From: Candidatus Latescibacterota bacterium
GTDB taxonomy: Bacteria; Latescibacterota; UBA2968; UBA8231
DNA length: 64,000 nt
Direction of reading: 5' to 3'
Assembly: GCA_965197905.1 (NCBI GenBank)
Contig: CBDAOB010000004.1
Span: 32,001 to 96,000 of the forward strand
Positions 18,367-27,767 of this stretch are shown here, piece after piece. The position numbers and the translations under genes are program-made. Each line of letters begins with the position of its first letter. Positions within the stretch are counted from its first letter, which is position 1. The notes beneath the pieces are model-generated. The model was given only the letters and a program-made list of their open reading frames with translations, did not search any database and was not told the DNA's origin.

Positions 18367-19986
18367 GTGACTTTTCTCGTTACCGCTCGCAAGTGGCGAC
18401 CTCGACGTTTTAACGAAGTAGTCGCCCAAGACCATATAACCGAAATACTGGAAAACGCGGTCCAATCCGGTCGGATCGCCCAGTCCTATCTGTTTTGTGG
18501 TCCCCGCGGTGTCGGCAAAACGACCATGGCGCGCATTCTCGCGAAAGCTCTCAACTGCGCCCAGCGGGAAGAGGCAAATCCCTGTGATCGATGTGCATCG
18601 TGCGAGAGTATCGCTGCGGGCACCAGCCTCAACGTTCTCGAGATCGACGGGGCTTCAAACAACAGCGTTGACGACGTGCGCGAGCTGCGGGAGGTGGTGC
18701 GTTATGTGCCCACCGAAGGCAGCTACAAAATCTACATAATCGATGAAGTGCACATGCTGTCCACCGCGGCGTTCAATGCTTTGCTCAAGACCCTGGAGGA
18801 GCCACCGGCACACGTGGTGTTCATCTTTGCAACGACCGAAGTCAGGCAGGTGCCCGAGACGATTCTGTCGCGCTGCCAGAGATTCAACTTTCGGCGCATA
18901 CCAACCGCCGAAATCGTCGCGCATTTACAGACTATCACCGAATCCGAAGGGATCAAGACCGAAGACGAGGCTTTGTACCTGCTTGCCAGCCGGGCCGACG
19001 GAGCGTTGCGCGACGCCGAAAGTCTGTTGGATCAGATGGCCGCCTTCGACCAGGAGGTCGTTACCGCCGCTACGGTCGAAAAGATCTTGGGTTTGGTCGA
19101 TCACAATGTCTACTTCAACCTGCTCAATGCCGTACGCGAAGGCGATACGAAACAGGTGCTGGATCTGGTGGAAGAAGTTGTTGGCGCCGGCTTCGACCTG
19201 GATGAGTTCGCCCGTGGATTGGTTGAAAATCTGCGTTCGTTGTTGTTTGCCGCCGTGCAGGGCAACGCGAAGGAGCTCGACATTCCCGATTCGGAACGCG
19301 CCAAACTCGAGGAACTGGCTGTAGATTTCGTCGCGGAAGATGTCCTCCGCATGTTGCAAATGCTCATGGATTTGGAAGTGCGCTTGAGACAGTCCGTACA
19401 ACCGCGTTTCCTGTTGGAGATGGCGTTGGTCCGCATGGCTTCCATGCCGCGCGCGGTGGACGTAGGCGAGCTCTTGACGCGCCTGCAAGAGATGAGAGCT
19501 GCCGAACATACCGCCTCCGCACCCCCGGTCACCCGGTCCACGCCGGCGCCAGCTCGCGCCGAAAAGGCGAATCCGGTTCAAGAGGAACAATCGATTGAGA
19601 AGCCGGCGCTAGAAGCCGCCGAGGCCCCTGCAGAAGAACTGACGATCGAGGTGATCGGAGGGCAGTGGAACGACCTGATTGCCAAGGTCCAGGCGGCGCA
19701 ACCGACCCTGGGCATATTTCTCAAATCTGCCAAACTGATCGGCTTCGAGGGCAGCGTTCTCCACATCGCCTTTTCCAGCGCTGACCGATTTCCAATGGCC
19801 CAGGTTGCGGACAACCGCGAGGCGGTGGAGAGATTCTGCGCCGAGCTGTGGGGGCAGTCCATACGTCTGCAATGCAAGGAGGAGCAGGCTGACGCCGAAT
19901 CGGTGCCGAAGAAAGAGACCAGTGCGAACCCGGCCGATCCCACTGTAAAATCCGTCCTCGATACCTTCGACGGCGAACTCGTCTAA
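18367..19986 (+). CDS. dnaX: DNA polymerase III subunit gamma/tau
   Basis: ARKWRP, GPRGVGKTT, EIDGASNNSVDD, IIDEVHML and SRCQRF. Confidence 0.97.
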   Translation: MTFLVTARKWRPRRFNEVVAQDHITEILENAVQSGRIAQSYLFCGPRGVGKTTMARILAKALNCAQREEANPCDRCASCESIAAGTSLNVLEIDGASNNSVDDVRELREVVRYVPTEGSYKIYIIDEVHMLSTAAFNALLKTLEEPPAHVVFIFATTEVRQVPETILSRCQRFNFRRIPTAEIVAHLQTITESEGIKTEDEALYLLASRADGALRDAESLLDQMAAFDQEVVTAATVEKILGLVDHNVYFNLLNAVREGDTKQVLDLVEEVVGAGFDLDEFARGLVENLRSLLFAAVQGNAKELDIPDSERAKLEELAVDFVAEDVLRMLQMLMDLEVRLRQSVQPRFLLEMALVRMASMPRAVDVGELLTRLQEMRAAEHTASAPPVTRSTPAPARAEKANPVQEEQSIEKPALEAAEAPAEELTIEVIGGQWNDLIAKVQAAQPTLGIFLKSAKLIGFEGSVLHIAFSSADRFPMAQVADNREAVERFCAELWGQSIRLQCKEEQADAESVPKKETSANPADPTVKSVLDTFDGELV

Positions 19987-19992
19987 GCTGTC

Positions 19993-20589
19993 ATGGGACC
20001 CCTGCCGCTGGAGGAACTGGTCAAATCGCTGGGCCGGCTACCGGGCATAGGACCGAAAACCGCTCAGCGACTGGCCTATTACATCGTCAAACGGCCGCGC
20101 GACGAGGCCGAGACGCTTGCCAAAGCGGTCCTCGACGCCAAGGACAAAATCACCTACTGCACGGTCTGCTACAACTTTACCGACACCGATCACGAACGAT
20201 GTCAGGTTTGTCTCGATGACCGCCGCGACGTGCAGACCATCTGCGTGGTCGAAGATGCAAACGACGTCCTCGTGTTGGAACACAATCGTCTTATCAACGG
20301 CGTCTACCACGTCTTGGGCGGGAAGCTCTCGCCTCTCGACGGGGTGGGACCGTCCGACCTGCGCATCGACGAGCTGGTCCAACGCGTGCAAGCCGGGGGT
20401 GTGCAGGAGGTAATTCTGGCATTGAATGCCAGCACTGAGGGCGAGGCCACGGCTGAATTCATCCAGCGACAACTTGGACCTCAAACCAAGGTCACTCGCC
20501 TCGCTCGCGGTCTGCCGGTTGGGGCGGACCTCGATCTCGCCGACAAAGTCACCCTGGCTCATGCACTAGAGGGGCGGCAATCGTTCTGA
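19993..20589 (+). CDS. recR: Recombination protein RecR
   Basis: LPGIGPKTAQRLA, C4 Zn finger, YHVLGGKLSPLDG and TRLARGLPVG. Confidence 0.97.
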   Translation: MGPLPLEELVKSLGRLPGIGPKTAQRLAYYIVKRPRDEAETLAKAVLDAKDKITYCTVCYNFTDTDHERCQVCLDDRRDVQTICVVEDANDVLVLEHNRLINGVYHVLGGKLSPLDGVGPSDLRIDELVQRVQAGGVQEVILALNASTEGEATAEFIQRQLGPQTKVTRLARGLPVGADLDLADKVTLAHALEGRQSF

Positions 20590-20605
20590 GCAGCGAGATG
20601 TGCAG

Positions 20606-21202
20606 ATGAACTACCGCGCATTGATCAACTGGCCGAATGTCTTGACGGCTATGAGGATCGGTCTGACTCCGCTGTTCGTGTTTATGCTCCTGGCCGAGGC
20701 CTGGTACTGGAAATCCTTGGCGTTCGTCGTCTTCGGCGCGGCGTCGCTGACCGATTTCTACGATGGAAAACTTGCGCGGTCGGGAAATCGTGAGACCTCC
20801 GTTGGCAAGTTCCTCGATCCACTGGCAGACAAGATTCTCGTCACTTCGGCATTGCTTGCACTGGTTTTCGGCCAGATGGTAAGTATTTGGTTGGTCGTTC
20901 CCATCGTCGTCAGAGATGTTTTGATTACGGGTCTGCGCTTGTACGGCATTTATCACGGACGCCAGATGATCACCTCCCGGTTGGCGAAATGGAAAACCGC
21001 CGTACAGTTGTTTACCGTTGTCTTCCTGCTCTTCGTTATCGGATTGCAGGAGATCCTCGCCCGCTTCTATCACGAGGACATCTTCCCGTTTGACGATGGC
21101 GAGTTCCAGCTTCTCGCCAACGGTCTGATGTCGGCGGTGCTGCTACTCACCTTGCTGTCGGGATTCCACTACCTCGTTCGCCGCCAGTTCTACCTTCGCT
21201 AG
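20606..21202 (+). CDS. pgsA: CDP-diacylglycerol--glycerol-3-phosphate 3-phosphatidyltransferase
   Basis: PNVLTAMRI and the CDP-alcohol phosphotransferase motif DFYDGKLAR..GKFLDPLADK. Confidence 0.92.
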   Translation: MNYRALINWPNVLTAMRIGLTPLFVFMLLAEAWYWKSLAFVVFGAASLTDFYDGKLARSGNRETSVGKFLDPLADKILVTSALLALVFGQMVSIWLVVPIVVRDVLITGLRLYGIYHGRQMITSRLAKWKTAVQLFTVVFLLFVIGLQEILARFYHEDIFPFDDGEFQLLANGLMSAVLLLTLLSGFHYLVRRQFYLR

Positions 21203-21226
21203 CCTGGTAAAAGGAAAATAGCCAGT

Positions 21227-21670
21227 CTGACCAAGCTGATCGCTACGCTTCTGTGTACCGGGTATGCTCCCGTCGCACCCGGGACGGCAGGTAGTGCACT
21301 GATTGCAGTAGTTTACTATTTTTTCTTCGCCTCAACCGGGGTGGTCGATTGGTTTGTCATCCTTGCGGTCACCTTTGTCGTGGGGGTGTATACGGCGGAC
21401 AGGATGTCCAGAGAGTGGGGACCGGACCCCGGCCGGGTGGTCATCGATGAAGGAGTCGGTTATCTGGTGACTGTCGCCTTCCTGCCTCACGGCATCTGGA
21501 GCGCCGCCCTGGGGTTTCTGGTTTTCAGAATCCTGGACATTTGGAAGCCCTTTCCGGCACGGCAGCTCGAACGGTTGTCGGGCGGATGGGGTATCGTCGC
21601 CGACGACGTGATGGCCGGGATATACGGCAATCTTCTCCTGCGCCTGCTTTTTGCAGCGTTGGAAATCTGA
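21227..21670 (+). CDS. pgpA: Phosphatidylglycerophosphatase A (start codon uncertain)
   Basis: GYAPVAPGTAGS lies upstream of the ORF-track start; DPGRVVIDEGVG, FRILDIWKPFP and GGWGIVADD. Confidence 0.9.
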   Translation: MTKLIATLLCTGYAPVAPGTAGSALIAVVYYFFFASTGVVDWFVILAVTFVVGVYTADRMSREWGPDPGRVVIDEGVGYLVTVAFLPHGIWSAALGFLVFRILDIWKPFPARQLERLSGGWGIVADDVMAGIYGNLLLRLLFAALEI

Positions 21671-21700
21671 GTTCCCGCTACCCTTATCAGCAGGTTCATC

Positions 21701-22741
21701 ATGGGAAAGTCCAGCAACGGAAAAGACGAGAAATCCGACAAGGCGCAATCCCTGGAACTGGCTATCAGTCAAATCGAGCGCCAGTACGGCAAGGGCTCGA
21801 TTATGCGCCTCGGCGATCAGGGCGGCATCGTTCCGGTCGAGTCTATCCCGACGGGCTCGATCTCGCTGGACGCCGCGCTGGGCATAGGGGGTCTGCCGAA
21901 AGGACGAATCGTCGAAATCTATGGTCCCGAGGGGGCCGGCAAGACGATGCTCTCGCTGCACGCTATCCGGGAAGCTCAACAGAAGGGGGGAACGGCGGCG
22001 TTCGTCGATGCAGAACATGCGCTGGACGTAAGCTTTGCCCGTCGTATCGGCGTCGACGTCGAGAACCTCATTATCTCGCAGCCCGATAGCGGTGAGCAGG
22101 CGCTGGAAATCGTCGAGACGCTCGTCCGCAGCGGCGCCTTCGACGTCATTGTCATTGATTCAGTGGCTGCCCTCGTGCCGCAGGCGGAACTCGACGGGGA
22201 AATGGGCGATTCTCACATGGGATTGCACGCGCGTTTGATGTCCCAGGCGCTGCGCAAACTTGCGGGTTCGATCAACCGCTCGAAAACGTGTGTGATTTTC
22301 CTCAATCAGCTGCGCACCAAGATCGGTGTGATGTTCGGGAATCCGGAGACGACGACGGGGGGACGCGCGCTGCCATTCTATTCTTCGGTTCGATTGGATA
22401 TCCGCCGCATCGCGCGCATCAAAGACGGCGAGAATGATATCGGCAGCCGTACCCGGGTCAAGGTCGTGAAAAACAAGCTTGCTCCGCCGTTTCGAGAGGC
22501 TGAATTCGACATCATCTATACGGGTGCCCGAATCGGCGTCTCCCGGGAGGGTGACCTTCTTGATATTGGGGTGGAGAAGGGTTTGGTCGAGAAGAGTGGA
22601 TCCTGGTTCTCCTATGACGGCGAGCGGCTGGGCCAGGGCCGCGAGCAGGCCAAATCGTTTCTCTTGGAGCGCCAGGAGATTGCCACTGGTCTCGAACAGC
22701 GACTGCGCGGCGAGCTCGGGCTCGCCGATCAAGATCCGTAA
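21701..22741 (+). CDS. recA: Recombinase RecA
   Basis: [24 protein letters not shown] and [24 protein letters not shown]. Confidence 0.99.
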   Translation: MGKSSNGKDEKSDKAQSLELAISQIERQYGKGSIMRLGDQGGIVPVESIPTGSISLDAALGIGGLPKGRIVEIYGPEGAGKTMLSLHAIREAQQKGGTAAFVDAEHALDVSFARRIGVDVENLIISQPDSGEQALEIVETLVRSGAFDVIVIDSVAALVPQAELDGEMGDSHMGLHARLMSQALRKLAGSINRSKTCVIFLNQLRTKIGVMFGNPETTTGGRALPFYSSVRLDIRRIARIKDGENDIGSRTRVKVVKNKLAPPFREAEFDIIYTGARIGVSREGDLLDIGVEKGLVEKSGSWFSYDGERLGQGREQAKSFLLERQEIATGLEQRLRGELGLADQDP

Positions 22742-22826
22742 TCGCGCGTTTTCGCGACGGCTGGTTTCGTTGTCCAATCCGCTCCAATCGATCCACTACT
22801 GACGATTTTACCACTTTCGACGGGAT

Positions 22827-23306
22827 ATGCCGCTTTCAGAGGTTCACGAAGCCCGCGAAAAAGCGCTGACGCTGATCGCCAAAAAGGATCGAACGGTGGC
22901 GGAGGTCAGGAGCCATCTCGATCGTGAGAAGGTGGATCAGGCTACCATCGAGCTCGTGATCACCGATCTTCAGCGCATGAAGCTGGTGGATGACAGAGCC
23001 TTCGCCCGGCGCTGGATCGAGATGCGACTCGATTATCCCGCGGGGAAAGAGAAGTTTGCGGAGGACTTGGCGAACAAAGGGGTCGAGGAACCGATAATTA
23101 CGGACATATTGGATGAATTCGGCGAACAGTTGCAGTCAGACCGGGCTGCGGTCGACCTGCTGCGGAAGCAGGCACACAGGTATGCCAATCTGGAAGAGCG
23201 GAAAGCCCGACAACGGATGTACGGTCTGTTGGCGCGGCGTGGTTTCGACGGCGAAACCGCCGCCGAGGCTGTAGATCAGGTGCTGAGGGAAATACATCAG
23301 AAATGA
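22827..23306 (+). CDS. recX: Regulatory protein RecX
   Basis: VDDRAFARRW and LARRGF; follows recA. Confidence 0.9.
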   Translation: MPLSEVHEAREKALTLIAKKDRTVAEVRSHLDREKVDQATIELVITDLQRMKLVDDRAFARRWIEMRLDYPAGKEKFAEDLANKGVEEPIITDILDEFGEQLQSDRAAVDLLRKQAHRYANLEERKARQRMYGLLARRGFDGETAAEAVDQVLREIHQK

Positions 23307-25921
23307 AGTCCAGCGAGATTAGAGAAAGCTTCCTGCGCTTTTTTGAGGAACGGGGTCATCAGCGGGTGCCAAGTGCTCCGGTCGTTCCCCACGATGACCC
23401 GACCCTCTACTTCACGAATGCCGGAATGAACCAGTTCAAGGACGTTTTCCTGGGAATGGGCAAACGCGACTACACGCGAGCGGTCGACTCGCAAAAGTGC
23501 ATTCGGGTCTCAGGGAAACACAACGATCTGGAAGAAGTAGGCGTGAGCCCGGGGCATCACACCTTCTTCGAGATGCTGGGCAACTGGTCCTTTGGAGACT
23601 ACTTCAAGAAGGAAGCAATCGAATGGGCATGGACCCTGGTCACGGAGCACTGGGGGCTGGAAAAGGAACGACTGTGGAGCACCGTCTTCGAGGGCGACGA
23701 GAGTGATGGCCTCGAACCCGACGAAGAGGCAGAGAATCTGTGGCTCGATATGACGGATCAGGTCCAGGAGCGGATCGTACGTCTGCCGGCTCAGGATGTC
23801 TTTTGGGAAATGGGTGCTACCGGGCCCTGCGGCCCTTCATCAGAGCTGCACTATTACCTGGGCGACGACCTCAGCAAACAGACGGCTGGCGGGCTTCGCG
23901 ACGCAGACAGCGGTTTCCTCGAGATCTGGAACCTGGTGTTCATCCAGTTCAACCGCGACGACCAGGGTCAACTGCATGCGCTCCCGGCCAAACACGTCGA
24001 TACCGGCCTGGGTTTCGAGCGGATCTGTCGAATCCTGCAAAAGGCTGAAACCAACTACGACACCGATATCTTCCAACCTCTCATCGCACGGGTCGCCGAT
24101 CTCACCGACAGCGCATACGAGGGTGAACACGTGGTGCCGATGCGGGTGATTGCCGACCACGTTCGCGCTCTTACGTTTGCCATCGCGGACGGCGCCTTGC
24201 CTGCCAACGATGGTGCCGGGTATGTCTTGCGGCGCATTCTGCGCCGGGCGGCGCGGTACGGACGCCAAATGAACCAACACGAACCGTTCATATTCAAGTT
24301 GACCTCGACCATCGCTGACCTGCTGGGGTCGGCCTATCCGGAGATCGTGGCAAAGAGTGCGCACATCTCGATGGTTATCGAGTCGGAGGAGGAGAGTTTC
24401 GGTAGGACCCTGGACCGGGGTCTGGACATCTTCGAGCGGCTGAGCCAAAAGAACGAAATCTCCGGTGCCGACGCGTTTCGCCTCTACGATACATTCGGTT
24501 TTCCACTGGATCTGACCGAGCTGATGGCTCGTGAACGCGGCTTAAACGTCGACGTCGACGGATTTCAGGTGGAGTTGGAGAAGCAACGCCAGCGTGCGCG
24601 GAAGGCGGGCCGCACGCAGTTTTCCGCCACCGAAGGTGTGGCTGACGTACTCGAAGCCGATCATTCCGACTTCGTTGGATACGAAGAGTTGGAAACCGAG
24701 AGCGAGGTCGTTTTCTCCGGATCCGGTGCCGAGGGCAACCTGCAGATTTTTCTGGACCGAACTCCGTTTTACGCGGAGTCGGGGGGCCAAGTGGGCGACC
24801 AGGGGGCTATTGAAGGTTCTGATTTTTCAGTTGAGGTCCTCGATACCGTCAGGGGCCGGGGCGGAATCATGCACGTCGGACGTCTCCTTTCCGGCGATGT
24901 GGCATCGATAAGAGGCTCTGTCAGGGCTCGCGTGGATGCCGGTAGGCGTTTGGACGGTGCTCGCCATCACACCTCAACGCATCTGCTGCACGAAGCTTTG
25001 CGCCGGATTCTCGGTACCCACGTCGCCCAGATGGGTTCGCTGGTCGCCCCAGATCGACTTCGATTCGACTTCTCCCACTTCAATCCGATCGACGCCGCGC
25101 AACTTGAAGAGATCGAATCTTTGGTCAACGCGGAGATTCGCGCCGACCGCGAGGTCTCTACTTTTGAGGAGGACCTTGAAAAGGCAAAATCGATGGGGGC
25201 CCAGGCCCTCTTTGGGGAAAAATACGCAGACCGGGTTCGCGTTGTTCGCATCGACGATTTCGGCCTTGAACTGTGCGGCGGGACCCACGTGAGAACTACA
25301 GGGGAGATCGGACGTTTCGACCTGATCTCCGAAAGGGGCATCGCGGCGGGTACTCGGCGCGCCGAGGCGCTGGCCGGGACGGCCGCCGAGAGCGCCGCCC
25401 GCCAGCAGCGGGAAACCTTGAGCCGGCTGGGGGCTATGTTAAACAGCCCAGAATACGGGCAGCTGCCGGGCAAGATCGATGACCTGCTGCAGCGCCAGCG
25501 CGACACGGAACGCCAGCTGAGCGAGCTGCAGCAGCAAGTAGCAGGGCAGCGGGGGGTGCAGCTGGCCGACAACGCGATTGAGGTCGACGGCATCAAGGTG
25601 GTCACCGGCCGTGTGGACAATACCGATGTTTCCAACCTGCGTTTGCTGGCTGATGGCTTGCGTCAGGAAATGGGCTCGGGGCTCGGGGTGATCGGCACCG
25701 CGCTGGAGGGCAAGGTGGCGCTGGTAGCGGTGGTAACCGAGGATCTGATCGCGGAGCAAGGATTGCGGGCAGGCGACATCGTCAAAGCCGTAGCACAGTG
25801 TGTGGGCGGCTCCGGCGGCGGCAAAGCCCACCTAGCCCAGGCCGGAGGAAAGTATGTGGAAAAGCTGGACGAGGCCTTGGCATCGGTTCCCGAAATCGTC
25901 CGTCAACATGTGCGCAAGTAA
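23303..25921 (+). CDS. alaS: Alanine--tRNA ligase
   Basis: FTNAGMNQFK, HHTFFEMLGNWSFGDYFK, TPFYAESGGQVGD, ELCGGTHV and GGSGGGK. Confidence 0.99.
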   Translation: MKSSEIRESFLRFFEERGHQRVPSAPVVPHDDPTLYFTNAGMNQFKDVFLGMGKRDYTRAVDSQKCIRVSGKHNDLEEVGVSPGHHTFFEMLGNWSFGDYFKKEAIEWAWTLVTEHWGLEKERLWSTVFEGDESDGLEPDEEAENLWLDMTDQVQERIVRLPAQDVFWEMGATGPCGPSSELHYYLGDDLSKQTAGGLRDADSGFLEIWNLVFIQFNRDDQGQLHALPAKHVDTGLGFERICRILQKAETNYDTDIFQPLIARVADLTDSAYEGEHVVPMRVIADHVRALTFAIADGALPANDGAGYVLRRILRRAARYGRQMNQHEPFIFKLTSTIADLLGSAYPEIVAKSAHISMVIESEEESFGRTLDRGLDIFERLSQKNEISGADAFRLYDTFGFPLDLTELMARERGLNVDVDGFQVELEKQRQRARKAGRTQFSATEGVADVLEADHSDFVGYEELETESEVVFSGSGAEGNLQIFLDRTPFYAESGGQVGDQGAIEGSDFSVEVLDTVRGRGGIMHVGRLLSGDVASIRGSVRARVDAGRRLDGARHHTSTHLLHEALRRILGTHVAQMGSLVAPDRLRFDFSHFNPIDAAQLEEIESLVNAEIRADREVSTFEEDLEKAKSMGAQALFGEKYADRVRVVRIDDFGLELCGGTHVRTTGEIGRFDLISERGIAAGTRRAEALAGTAAESAARQQRETLSRLGAMLNSPEYGQLPGKIDDLLQRQRDTERQLSELQQQVAGQRGVQLADNAIEVDGIKVVTGRVDNTDVSNLRLLADGLRQEMGSGLGVIGTALEGKVALVAVVTEDLIAEQGLRAGDIVKAVAQCVGGSGGGKAHLAQAGGKYVEKLDEALASVPEIVRQHVRK

Positions 25922-26667
25922 TGGCCCCTCCAAGCACGCTCAACTACCTTCTGGAGATCTGCAAACGGCGTGGGGCCGGCTATCTGACCCTCCTCGATCC
26001 CGATCGCCTGCCACCGGGTGAGTTGGAAGAAAGAGCCAAAGCGTGCGCCGATGCCGATGCCGATGCCATTCTGGTCGGAACGAGCCTTATGCTGTCGGAC
26101 CATTCCACCGTTTTCCAGCGCATAAAAGGAACGGTGGACATACCGGTCATCATTTTTCCGGGCAGCGTTGGCCAAATCGTTCCCACGGCGGACGCGATTC
26201 TGTTTCTGTCCCTCATCAGCGGTCGCAATCCTGAACTGCTCATAGGTCAGCACGTGAAAGCGGCCCCGTTGCTCAAGGAATATGGTGTAGAGGCGATTCC
26301 CACCGGCTACGTCCTGATCGAATCCGGAGTGTTCACCTCCGTTGAATTCATGAGCAATACCCGCCCGATCCCGCGTGCCAAAAACGATATCGCGATGGCT
26401 CACGCCCTGGCTGCCGAATACCTGGGTATGCGTTTGGTCTATCTAGAGGCTGGCAGTGGCGCCCGGGATCCGGTCCCTGACGAAATGATAGAAGCCGTCG
26501 TTAATTACGTGTCGTTGCCAGTCATGGTCGGCGGCGGGATTCGCGATCCCCAGACCGCCCGTACAAAGGTTGAAATGGGCGCCCGTTTCGTGGTAACTGG
26601 CACAGCCGTTGAAAACGACCCGGGCCGTTTGCGCGAATTGGGAGAGGCGGTGCATACCAATGGGTGA
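25921..26667 (+). CDS. Geranylgeranylglyceryl/heptaprenylglyceryl phosphate synthase
   Basis: LLDPD, FLSLISGRNPELLIG, YLEAGSGA and VGGGIR; ATG overlaps the alaS stop (TAATG). Confidence 0.92.
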   Translation: MAPPSTLNYLLEICKRRGAGYLTLLDPDRLPPGELEERAKACADADADAILVGTSLMLSDHSTVFQRIKGTVDIPVIIFPGSVGQIVPTADAILFLSLISGRNPELLIGQHVKAAPLLKEYGVEAIPTGYVLIESGVFTSVEFMSNTRPIPRAKNDIAMAHALAAEYLGMRLVYLEAGSGARDPVPDEMIEAVVNYVSLPVMVGGGIRDPQTARTKVEMGARFVVTGTAVENDPGRLRELGEAVHTNG

Positions 26668-27487
26668 AGCGAGGTCACGCGCGGACGCTCCCATGGTGGA
26701 TATCCACAGCCACGCCCTACCCGGAGTAGACGACGGGGCCACATCGATGGAACAGGCGTTGGCCATGTTGCGGGGAGCGTGGGATGACCGCATCGGCACA
26801 GTCGTGCTTACGCCCCATTTTCGGCCGGAGGACGGACCCGAGCAGGCTGCCCTGCACGAACAGCGATTCACCGAGTTGCGTACGGCGGTCAGCACCGCCG
26901 GGCTGCCGATCGAGATTCACCTCGGGGCGGAAATCGGGTTCCGCTTCAAAATGGCCGAGGCCGCAAGCTTGCCCGCCTGTCGTATCTCCTCAGCCGGGCG
27001 GTACGTGTTGGTTGACTTACCCCATGGACCGCTACCCACCGGCATCGAGCAGGGGTTCTTCGAGCTCCGGTTGGCAGGTGTAAAACCGATTTTAGCTCAC
27101 CCGGAACGCCATCGACAACTCTCGCGGGCACCGGAGTGGTACGATCGTCTGCGCGAGCAAGACCTGCTCTTCCAAGTGACAGCTGGAAGCATTACGGGCA
27201 GGTTTGGCTCGCGGGCCCAGCAGGCCTCCGAATATCTGTTAGACCGGGGATGGGCCGATCTCGCTGCCAGCGACGCCCACGATCTGGAACACCGCCCCTT
27301 TGGTCTGTCGGCGGCGCGGGAACGGGTCGAGGAGCTTTGGGGCGAAGAAGAGGGTGTGCGACTGTTCGAAACCAATCCCAACTGCGTCGTGCTTGGAGAG
27401 GAATTCGAGATGCAAGACTACATGCCCCAGCCGACTGAATCAACATCGTTTCTCCGCCGGCTCGTGGATGTCTTCACAGGCTCATAG
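26660..27487 (+). CDS. CpsB/CapC family PHP tyrosine-protein phosphatase
   Basis: DIHSHALPGVDDG, LTPH, ILAHPER and ASDAH. Confidence 0.9.
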   Translation: MGEARSRADAPMVDIHSHALPGVDDGATSMEQALAMLRGAWDDRIGTVVLTPHFRPEDGPEQAALHEQRFTELRTAVSTAGLPIEIHLGAEIGFRFKMAEAASLPACRISSAGRYVLVDLPHGPLPTGIEQGFFELRLAGVKPILAHPERHRQLSRAPEWYDRLREQDLLFQVTAGSITGRFGSRAQQASEYLLDRGWADLAASDAHDLEHRPFGLSAARERVEELWGEEEGVRLFETNPNCVVLGEEFEMQDYMPQPTESTSFLRRLVDVFTGS

Positions 27488-27494
27488 TGTACAG

Positions 27495-27767
27495 ATGATT
27501 ACCGAAACGATCACCATAAAGAACCCCTTGGGAATACACGCGAGACCGGCTGCTCTGCTCGTCCAGAAGGCCGCCAAGTTCAAGTCGGAGATTTTTCTTT
27601 CGAAGGGCGAGGTGCACCGCATCAACGGCAAAAGTGTCATGGGTGTGATGATGCTGGCGGCGGAGCAGGGTTCCGAGGTCGTGGTCGAAGCCGACGGCGA
27701 AGACGAGGCCGAAGCCATCGCCGTGCTTGCCGAACTGCTGGGCAGCGACTTCGAGGTGCAGGCCTGA
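27495..27767 (+). CDS. ptsH: Phosphocarrier protein HPr
   Basis: GIHARPAA and INGKSVMGVMML. Confidence 0.95.
   Translation: MITETITIKNPLGIHARPAALLVQKAAKFKSEIFLSKGEVHRINGKSVMGVMMLAAEQGSEVVVEADGEDEAEAIAVLAELLGSDFEVQA

Noticed and set aside
18367..19986. Programmed -1 frameshift producing the DnaX gamma subunit
   Set aside because: I saw no AAAAAAG or long A-run slippery site in the gene.
26046..26067. GCCGAT tandem repeat
   Set aside because: It encodes ADADA in frame within the GGGP synthase.
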